From Perkinsus olseni (Eukaryota), in contig JABANN010000033.1 in NCBI GenBank assembly GCA_013115125.1, positions 1-64,000 of the forward strand: a stretch of 64,000 bases of DNA, read 5' to 3'. Within the stretch, counting starts at the first letter, position 1, and every line of letters begins with the position of its first letter. A model generated the notes under the pieces. The model was not told where the DNA came from. It did no database searches and worked only from the letters and a program-made list of their open reading frames with translations. A program made the position numbers and the translations under genes. Of the stretch, positions 54,560-64,000 are shown piece by piece.

Positions 54560-56980
54560 CTACGAGCCCCGTGTTGCCACTCTGATGGTTTGTACTTCAG
54601 TGTATGCCGTTAAATCGGCATCGGCAAAATCACCCTCGCGGCCGAGACCGGAGTCCTTGAAACCTCCAAAAGGGTATTCGAAATTGCCACCTGGAAAGTG
54701 AGACAGTCACTAAAGTCATTGACGTTGAAAAGAGGTGATCCGCGTCTGTTTGAGCGCAGAGGCCAACGCCATTCCAGGTTAAGACTCGCCAGACCCCGGG
54801 AGAAATAAAGTCGGCGTGAGAGCTCAGTGTTGACGGAAATGCGTGAATCATGGACAGAAAACTCTTACTTGGTCCATGGCTATTCACGTCTACCACTCCG
54901 GCGAGTATCTGTCCTGCCACTCTGTTTAATGCCTCACAGTCAGTTCCCCACACCGACGCCGACAGACCATACGGTGTTCCGTTGGCCCGGGAAATCACGT
55001 CAGCTTCTTCAGAATATCTGAGCACCGAAGAGCGGCGACCAGCATGCGAGTGAGGTCGCCTTTTATGATTAACTTCATTATAGGCACGACTGGTCCGAAC
55101 TGCTCTTCGTCCACGAGCCGGACTCCATCCGTAATACCAGTTACAATGGCTGGAGCCATGAAGTAACTTCATCAGCAGTGCGGTCGAGTACGACAAGGCA
55201 TACCACCCTCACCCATCCTCAGACAGTCCCTTATCAAGCTGCCCCTGAACGATCTTGCCCCCTTGCTTCACGGCATCTGCGACGAGCTCGCGAACTCTGT
55301 TGTACTGCATCTCGTTATTTATGGGGCCGTATCTAACGTTCTGTCAACCTCTCGAGTCAACCAAAGATTCTCATCTCGTCTGGTGACGTACATGACTTTC
55401 GCGTCCATACCGTCTCCAACCAAGCTGCCAAGCTTCTTTACTTCCTCAGAAGCAACCCCAACGAAATCGTCATAGATCGATTCGTGGACATAAATCCGTT
55501 TGACGGCAGAGCACACCTGGACGACACCTCCGCATGCCTCACCAAGTGCTCAGCAAACCTGGCCCGAGTTCATGAAGGCAGCCCGCAGTATCCGCGGGAC
55601 AACTTCAGGCACGGCGGCATCCGGGAGAACTATGGCAGGGTCGTTGCCGCCGAGCTCCAGAGTGCATCTTGTTAGGTCGGCTACGGAGTTAGCCAAAACG
55701 CGTTTGCCTGAAACCGTCGAAGAGGCGGTACGCGAAAGCGGACTATATCAATCGGTATTTCGAGGAGAGTGTCACTTTTTCGAGCAAACCACGACACATG
55801 CCGTGTTCATGCCAATAATGGCTGTTCTCAGAGTTAATGTAGCGAACATGAGTGGGAGTCTTTCTGCTCCAGATGATGGCAGAAGTTACGCCCCTGCTCA
55901 CCGGTCGGCACGCTGCCGGTGAACGAGACCTTGCGAATACCGGGGTGCTTGACTAAGTACTCGCCCACATTGAAGTCACCCTAAGAATCGCTTGATGAAA
56001 GCGGAACCATAGGCAGCATCCCTACAGTGGTATCGGGTCCAGAGACCACCTGGATGAGGCCCGGAGGCACCACACTCTGAAGGATCTCTCCCATGCGGAG
56101 GGCGGTTACTGGTGTTTGTGGGGAGGGCTTTATGATAACAGCGTTGCCAAATGCCAGGGAGATGGCCGCATGACCTGCCCTCGAACAAGATTTCCTATGC
56201 ATGATCGCTATGGGGCTGAGTCTTACAGGCGGCAATCGCAAGAGGGAAGTTCCAGGGCACAATAGCAGCGACCACGCCGATGGGGCAATACCGAACTTCG
56301 ACCCTTCCAGCATCGTCCTCGTGGAGGACCTTCACGGGTATCGATACCTGTTCAACGATGAATCAGGACAATCAAGCCTCTAACTACTCATACGACAGGC
56401 AGTAGTCATACTCACAGTCAACCCCATACTCATAGTCCACCGCATGGGATGTGGCTGTGAGAATACATTTCCACCACGAGAGACCGTACCTCAGCTGCTT
56501 TCTTGAAGCAGGACACTGCCCATTGGACCTCCTTGTTTGCCTTGGACAATGGCTTGCCTTGTTCCTTACACAGCAACTCAGCCATCTCGGCAGAGTTAGC
56601 GGAGATTGCTTCAGCGCACGCCAGCAGCAGTGGGTTCCGTTCCTCCTAACATTCGTCCAGGTCACTTCCACCAACACTGTTCCCGCAGATCTACCTTAGT
56701 CATTCTGGAGAACATTTCGAAAGCCTTTTTACCAGCAAGCACAGCCTCATCGATCTGCTCGGCCGAGACGACAGGAACCTGCCCAAAACATGAGCATCGA
56801 GAGAGACTCGGGAGAGTCTCTCCCGGAGAGATGACAAGTCTCGTCCACGCAAGGCGGCTAGAGATGAAGGCTGGGAAGCACCTTAGCCAGTAGAGTCCCG
56901 TTGGCGGGGTTGTATTTGTAGAAGTGATTGGTCGATGGGATCAGGTCGCCCGCTATCAGCATACGATAGGTCTTGCTCAT
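54560..56980 (-). CDS. NAD(P)-dependent aldehyde dehydrogenase, multi-exon
   Basis: PWNFP, IIKPSPQTP, SFTG, LELGGNDPA, GQVCSA, EEQFGPV, YGLSASVW, PFGGFKDSGLGREG. Confidence 0.93.
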
Positions 56981-57228
56981 GTAGGGGGGTTTCGTACGGG
57001 AAAGTTCTGATCACCACATTACAACGGTAGTCTAACTAAGCCGGACTGTCGTCGTTGGACTTCAAACTCGCGCACACGCAACAGTGGCCCCTCAATTCCC
57101 CTTCGTTGTTAACATCACAGCCGAATGTAAGAAGAGCCGCACTTGCAGAACTTTCAATTGATTCACTCAAGACCGCTGAGCGAGATATCATCGATGAGAA
57201 TATCGTGGGCAAGCGCAAGGGCGCCATA

Positions 57229-57588
57229 ATGGCTGTGCCTCGGACGCTCTTGTGTCTGCGTGCGAATCTGTGCGTGTTTCGCCGCGAGAACGTGAATGTA
57301 AGGGTAGCGATCTCCACGGTTAGCGGAGGACTTCCGACCGGCATACTCCAGCATAGAGTATGCTTTGAGGAACCGCATAGGGAGAGAATTCAACCGCGTG
57401 CACGACTATCCAACGGTAGGGCCTGGCACGACTATTCAACGGTATGGCCTGGGACGATGCGCATGCGTGCGAAGTTCGAGCCGCCGGTCAGCGCGGACTC
57501 ACAATTCGGTTCTGTCGACTCTCGCGATGACTACGTACCAGTTCAGCTCAAAGTGGACACGGTCTATGGGTTGAAGCGTGAGACATGA
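57229..57588 (+). CDS. Possible small hypothetical protein
   Basis: Open frame from 57055 with first in-frame ATG near 57229; no recognisable motif. Confidence 0.25.
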   Translation: MAVPRTLLCLRANLCVFRRENVNVRVAISTVSGGLPTGILQHRVCFEEPHRERIQPRARLSNGRAWHDYSTVWPGTMRMRAKFEPPVSADSQFGSVDSRDDYVPVQLKVDTVYGLKRET

Positions 57589-57848
57589 CTGACCTCCCTG
57601 GGATTAACTTCGCCTGAGAGCGAAGAAGTGATAATATCAATATCTCGACGGGCCTCATGCGAGCGAGGGCCAATCTGATCCACGAGCTTCATACCTCGGA
57701 CCTACGAACCTCCGTTGGTGACGTGAAGGGATAATAAGACGAAAATGACCGACAAAAATGTGGCTCGAAATAATTGTTAATTGAGTGGTAATGATAACAA
57801 CTCAATATTATCATTTCCAAGCTTTCAGTCATACCACCTGTATCAACC

Positions 57849-58628
57849 ATGACCCGTCTCCTGCTTATTTTCGCCACCGTCGCTCGTACTCTAAGCATCC
57901 AGACTGACCCTCTCATGGACGAGGCTGTCGCAAACTTCACGGCCCTCCTCGGTGAGCCTCATGTCCACAAGTTCATCGACAAGGTCATGATGGATGCCCC
58001 GCCCCCGCCTAGCCCCGGTGCCCGTGAACTGGGTGAAGGCCACGAGGATCTCACGAAGAGGGACGATTATCCATTCTGTTCTAACTGCAAGATCATCCAA
58101 ACCGGTGCCATCTCCGCTCACTTCCAGCAGCAGATCACTGATATCTGCGACGGGCCTGGAAATGCTGACTCCTCGTCTACCGAGGAGTTCTGTGGCTTCC
58201 TCAGAAAAGGAATCTCAGCGCTCAATCAGGTGTTGAATGGTTACATCTTCGAGCGCTCCCGTGCCCCCCAACAGGCGTACTCGACATGCATCGGCAGAGG
58301 TCAGTGCCCGAGCAAAGATGCCTACAACGCCTTCTTCAACCCCATCGTCCCCGGTAGACTGGTGGACTTCACTCTCTTCGAGTATTGCCCCTCCTATCAT
58401 CACCCCTTCCGTAGTGTGAGAGCCTGCTTCCGCGTGGTCACCAAGAAAATGCTACGCTTTGCATTCCATCAAGTCCTGTTTGCCTGTGAAAACTACGGCG
58501 ATGAAGGGTTGGATGAGTTTTGCGGCTATATCGCGACTGATGCCAACTTCGGTCTCGGTCTGGTCTTTGGGTTCGTTGGTGTCTACGAGCAGGCTACGGC
58601 TTATTGTGTCCGTGATCAATGCTGGTAG
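57849..58628 (+). CDS. Secreted cysteine-rich protein with two saposin-like repeats; intronless
   Basis: Signal peptide MTRLLLIFATVARTLS; CxxC..C..C..Cx5C pattern followed by a second related repeat (EFCGFL / EFCGYI). Confidence 0.7.
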   Translation: MTRLLLIFATVARTLSIQTDPLMDEAVANFTALLGEPHVHKFIDKVMMDAPPPPSPGARELGEGHEDLTKRDDYPFCSNCKIIQTGAISAHFQQQITDICDGPGNADSSSTEEFCGFLRKGISALNQVLNGYIFERSRAPQQAYSTCIGRGQCPSKDAYNAFFNPIVPGRLVDFTLFEYCPSYHHPFRSVRACFRVVTKKMLRFAFHQVLFACENYGDEGLDEFCGYIATDANFGLGLVFGFVGVYEQATAYCVRDQCW

Positions 58629-59659
58629 TTCTTATCGCTGATATGTTGTAACTTTAGGAAATGGAGGCGACATGTATTATACATGATCAAAGTTTTTGTT
58701 ATCCCAACGGAAGCTCCTTTTGCGTCGGAGCTCGGGTTCATTGCTATCGCATTCTGTTGTTGTGGGTTGATCGTGGCTCCATGCGCGATTGAACGCCGTA
58801 GTTTGCTCGGGCCGAGCTATGGCCATTTTTCCTTTTACCAGAGTCATTTCAGTCCAGCGAAGCTCGATTAGGACAGCGGTTCCATAGATTGGTTCTCCAG
58901 TCGAGGATCCGCCTGCTAATGCGGCTTTTTTGAAGTCCGTTGAAGTTGTGTTCAACCCGAGGTGAAGCGCTAATTACTGGTGTAGTGGGCAAGACATGTT
59001 CTGGCGAGCTGTCACGAGTACAATTACACGCTGTTATTCGCGCACACTGCTGCGCGATATTCTTTCCTGAGTTTTTGGCGCACGCTCAGCGTCGCGGCTA
59101 GCCATCGTCGGATAGACGTTGCGCTGCGCAACGTCTAATTGCAATGCCTCGAATCTGAATTCGGCGCATCGGCAGACAGTGGTGCATTAAGACGAGCAGC
59201 ACTGGCCAATTTTGTCGGTCTGCAATACGGCAATAAGAGCTGGAAACGCTGCCGATTGAGGCTCCCTTACAGGAGCAGCTCATGATTCATGGGCCATGAA
59301 GTGTGAACGTGATTCATTGAATGCGGTCTCGGGGATGGGCCGCTCTCGCATGGCACATCCAGCCTCCAGAGTTGCGTGATTGACCGACTATGAACTCGAG
59401 CTGGCCCTAGCCAGAGCATTTCACGTATGATTCATTTGCTGGTATTGAACAGAATAGTATACGTCAGACAGTACTGAGAAAGTCGTGAGGACGTTAAAAG
59501 CAAGAGCATAGGCATTTGATTGGGAAGCAACGTCTGATCACGGGTGAAATCCGTCTTCTTCATAATGTTACATAATGAGCATGTAGAGCAGAGTGTCTTA
59601 TGGACACCAATCTTGCTACAAATCTACTTCACGGCCAGAAGATTCCGAAAGATACAAAG

Positions 59660-62505
59660 CTAGTCCCGCCTCTCGCCATCGTCAGACGGATTCCCTAGTC
59701 TCCATCCGGCTGAGCGGTACAATCGAACTTGAGGGGACACGTGAGCCTCCCAAGCATCCTGAACACAAAGATACCATGAGGCACTCTCACAACGAACTGG
59801 CTGGCCTTACTCTTGCAGCCTGGGATAGCATCGCCGTCTTCTCAACTCCGGGTACTTCTCGTGTCCCTCCCGTAGTCCCACCAAGACCAGCCGACAGGCA
59901 CTTCACTGCATCACCGACCAGGAGAGGGTCATAGCCGCCTTCTACCGAGGCGAGGACTGATGCCTCGGGCAGGGCGTTCCTTATCGCCCAGGGGAGCCAC
60001 TCAAAAAACGTGGGAGTGACTCTCAAGTCCGCATCCCGGCTCAAATAGCAACGCTCAGTTTTGCCAGAGTCTAATACATCAAAACTTGTCACTAAGACAA
60101 TCGCTTCTGGTCGATATTGCTGCAATATTGGAATGAATATCTTACGGACGCTCGAGACGTACTCGGGGTCACCCCACCCAGCGGGCACCTCCAAGTTGAT
60201 GTTCTTGCCAAGCGCACACTTCTCCCCAAGGCGCTTGCAGGAGCCAGTGCCAGGCAGAATAGTTTCCCCTCTTCTATTCTTACCGTAACGATGAATAGAC
60301 ATAGTGAGTACACTCGGGTCTGTGTAAAACGACCACTCGTTACCACAGCCGTGGTACAGACCGAAGTCTAAGATCGCCACCCGTGAGACCCTGCGAGCTG
60401 CACGGGCACTATTGATCGCAAAAGCAACCGAGTTGATGAAATGGCCACCGCAGGCGATCTCGTCCCCGGGTTTGATATTCATTGGACCACCGTGCTTGGT
60501 CATGTCGAGCTCCAAGGCTACTAGTTTTTCTCCAGCCTCACTCTCACTGTCGGACTCCTCATCATCGGCCATCGATATGGCTCCTTGACAGTGAGGACAA
60601 AACCACCGCTGGTTATTGAAGTCGGGGTCCTTGAGAACGTGAGCAGGAAGGGGCGGGTTGAGGCATCCAATATGATACCCTCTCTGGCATGCATCGTTGT
60701 CGCACACCAACATGTTGCTCTCGTCAGTCGACCGGTCGCAAGACTCGCAACGCAAGTGTTCAGAAATGACTCGCTCATCCTCGGGCCCAAGGAAAACCGG
60801 GACCTGGTGACCAGTTGCTCTGGTGAGTACGAGCGCTGATTTCGGGGCACGCTCTGATCGGCCACCATCGTAGTAGTCTCGTCGACTGAGGAGGTCCAGC
60901 AGTGCATCTCTCATCATACCGCATGATAGAAGACAGGCGTCGAGAGTATAGCGGTCCATGAGGCATTCACGGGGACTAAGGGCCAGCCCTGAGTTACGCC
61001 CTGTAGCTCCCCTCATGATTTCCCTACAGGCATCGCTGCAGAGATCGACGACCGCACGATCTTTCGCGGGTCCGTGTGACTTCACCTTGAGGCATGTATC
61101 AATAGCCTTGAGGCCCTTGAGGTACACCTCAGAGTGCACACCAGTAGCCACAATGTCCTTCATTGACACCTTCGTGGAGGGTCTTGTGATAAGTCTCATG
61201 TCTCCGGCACTTATCGAGTGGCGAAGGGCTATGATAGAGTGCCGCAGCCACCGGCCGGCCGTGTCGGGACCAACGCCTATGTGCTTCGTGAGAAGGGAGT
61301 TGTAGTAGCACTTGATAGCACCTACATAAGGAGAATGCATGGCGAAGAACTGCCTGGTCGGCCAAGATGTAGCCACTGATCGTTGCCGATGACCGAGATA
61401 ACTCACCAGCGCTGGCTAGAGCTGGGTCCCCCTCTTGAAGTGTCATGATCTCCGCGTTACGCGGAGGGGTGAGCATCTGCACTTCCTCGTCCGCACTCGC
61501 ATCGGTCTCGGAGGGTTGCTTCGAGGCTGGCGAGGAGGCGGGGGAGCTGGCCAAGCTAGCAGTAGAGCACGAGGGACACGGCTTACGGGGAGGCGCTAAG
61601 GAAGGGCAAGTTTAAGCCAGCCACGGGCACGACGAACTATCTCGGCTCGAGAATAGCGGTCGATTGGCAACACTCACTCTCCAACAGGGCTGAGGGGAGG
61701 CTGGTCGTCCTTCTCTTCTTGGCAGGCCTGGAGGCCTCCTTAGGCGCCGGCTCAGGCGAGGGCCTGGGGGTCACCTCCACGCTGGGTGGTGACGTGTTCG
61801 TGCAACTGGCCCTTGAATTGTTAGAAGAGGGCCTGCATGAGAGAGAGGAACAACCATGCCTTTGATGAGTACTAGAGGAAGTATTCATCGGCTAGCTCTC
61901 CGACTGCGAGGCTTCCGCGGCTCGCGGGGACCGTCTCCATACTCCCAATTTCGTACGACAAAGAGACCGTGAGGTACCAACACGCAGCGATACTCACATT
62001 GCTTGCAAGGGTGACCCATCAATGTTGCCAGAGGCTTCAGTAGATGATGAACTTCCTCGCTTCGGGCGGATAGAGGGCTTGTCATATCCCATCATCACGT
62101 AAGCATTGCCCGGCAGTGCAAACTCCTTCACCTCGTGCTCAGTGAGAACCTACCACCATCGAAGAGCACAGTGGAAGGAGATGGAGCCCCCTTATACGAG
62201 AAGTAGCCCGACTAAGGCAGCAGAGGCAGCGCGAGCCATCGCTCCAGGAAGGTGAGCTAGCTGACCAGGCTTACTTCCCGAGAGCCGTCTCGATATTGGA
62301 CGATGAGAAGGTCGCTATCTTCGTAGTGGTATATGACCTCCCCAATTTTCATTTGAAACCGAGGACTAATCCTACGGGTCATCAATTCACTTGCCATGGT
62401 TCGCTTCTTCTTGATGAGGACGCCGATCAATGCGTTCCCAGTCAGGGATCTCAGAGACGGAAAGAGCCTCTCGTCAATATGGGATAGTCTAGCAGGCTCA
62501 TTCAT
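59660..62505 (-). CDS. Second Tudor-like/HDAC/PHD paralog, predicted catalytically impaired
   Basis: Shares CGMMRDAL, MNIKPGDE, SIHR.GK, PGTG and EGGYDP with 14319-18688. PHD: CESC..MLVCDNDACQRGYHIGCL..WFCPHC. Active-site motifs read RATGHQV and DFGLYHGCG. Confidence 0.82.
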
Positions 62506-62639
62506 AGCAAAACGGTGAATTTTGGAGTCAAAACCTGACGTCAGTTGAAGCGAGCAGAGCCATCACAGAGAATGCATCAGCTTCTAGATCACAGTGAAGA
62601 GCAGGCCTCCTAGTGAGCCTTACTTGCTGAGTACCGTCG

Positions 62640-63415
62640 CCCAGAAGTAGTGAGCTCGACGCGCTACCATTGTCTCACAGCGAGTGCACGCGAGCACACA
62701 ATAAGAAAGACAGCGTGTCCGGCTGTCAATACGTCACCTGTAAGTCCTTCCCGGACTTGCGTCTGACCAGTCATGCAGGTAAACTCACTCGACCGGCAGA
62801 CATTATGCGTGAAGGGGCTGGAATCATTTTCGAAACGGGTCTCGGTCGCGAGTTCACGCTTGTATTGCGCTATGGTGACGCCCGACTTGTCCAGCAAACG
62901 GCAACTGAGCATCACCCGTTCCTTCTTTCGGCGAAATTCATAACGAAGCGTCAGAGAGAACACATATTTGAAAAGTCGAGCTGATCCCCCCAGATAGGGG
63001 TCGCCTGCTCACAAAAAAGCTCCTAAAATACAGCGATTAGCAACCTGGGCTGCTGTTAGCATTGTGGAGCAGCTTTGGTGCGCAAAAGCTCGAAGATCAG
63101 AGCAGTGCAACCGCAAGGCCCGACAGCGGAGTAGAGAGCTAGCGGAGAAGGGCAGATAACCTTGGGTGGTCTCGGGAAAGCTGCCATGAGAGTAGCTCTC
63201 AGGAATGGTCTGAGTGCACCACCCTAAGTGTTACCTATTATTGACGTCCTAGATTCGACGACCGCGAACCCTGTGTAAGAGTGTTTCGAAGGGGAATGTC
63301 TATTGTACGCAGATTCGACGAGGAATCTCCCAAGCAGACCGGCACTTAGGACTGGCGGTTTTACTATATTCAACGGGTTAGTGGTCCCAGACCCCGGTAT
63401 GAGGCAGAATCCCAT
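62640..63415 (-). CDS. Possible spliced hypothetical gene; structure unresolved
   Basis: Protein-like exon FSLTLRYEFRRKKERVMLSCRLLDKSG flanked by plausible splice sites. Confidence 0.3.
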
Positions 63416-64000
63416 TAGACGGAATTTTTCTCAGCAATGGTTCAGGCTGACAGCGTCTGCTCTGTGAGGAACCAAACACGATGGGGTCACTACTGGTGTG
63501 GCTTCAGTTCGACTCGAGACAAAAAGTCAGTCAGTAAGTCAAAAGTAAAAGTAAGTGATTCCAGTGAGATGTGAACAACCAGTGTAACGTGAACAGTTCT
63601 GCTTACAGTGATTGGAGCCGATCTCGCGTAGGTAAGGTCAGTTGCGCACAAGGCTTATCTCAACGTGCGAGTGCACACCTCTACACGAATTCAGGCGTAA
63701 TCCGAATAAGCTGATATTATCAGATGCTAATCGCGGACCGACTCACGAATCATCGCTGAGAACTCCACAATGAATCGCCGTTGCTATATTGAAAAAACCA
63801 GGTTCCCGGTCAGGAAGAACAGGAGGTTTAGATCACGCCAGAGGCTCTCGTTACTCCGCATACGAGGGCCCAATGAGTTCTAGGGGAAGCGTTCACGAAG
63901 GTTCAGATATTGAGCCACGACTACCGGCATCGGCGGTTCTTCGAAGCGTCCTGCGGCGTGAACGGACTGTAAAAGGTGTGAACGTGCGATAGTAGAGAGG

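Noticed and set aside
58978-58997. tRNA A-box-like TGGTGTAGTGG
   Set aside because: No B-box or T arm downstream; the same applies to a D-arm-like stretch near 10770.

Overview
Gene-dense eukaryotic DNA with many short (mostly about 45-70 bp) GT-AG introns, very short intergenic gaps and long same-strand gene blocks. The style suggests a myzozoan alveolate such as Perkinsus, which is inference only. Contents in order: five tandem TauE/SafE (TSUP) transporter paralogs, a degenerate tRNA-Val-like element, a Tudor-like/HDAC gene with a PHD finger inside the deacetylase domain, RPS20, STT3, a hypothetical ORF, a phospholipase B-like gene, a CCCH zinc-finger gene, a PKA regulatory subunit, a KH/RS RNA-binding gene, cobalamin-dependent methionine synthase with a Helitron relic in one intron, a cap2 methyltransferase (CMTR2) that appears to splice in frame into a NadD/NMNAT-like nucleotidyltransferase domain, CEP19, tRNA-His, a RAP-domain gene, a PAM2-motif gene, an aldehyde dehydrogenase, a secreted saposin-like protein, and a second, catalytically degenerate Tudor/HDAC/PHD paralog. 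The strongest novelty candidates are the CMTR2-NadD fusion and the active/pseudoenzyme pair of PHD-interrupted HDACs. All exon structures were inferred by eye, so outer coordinates of spliced genes are best estimates.
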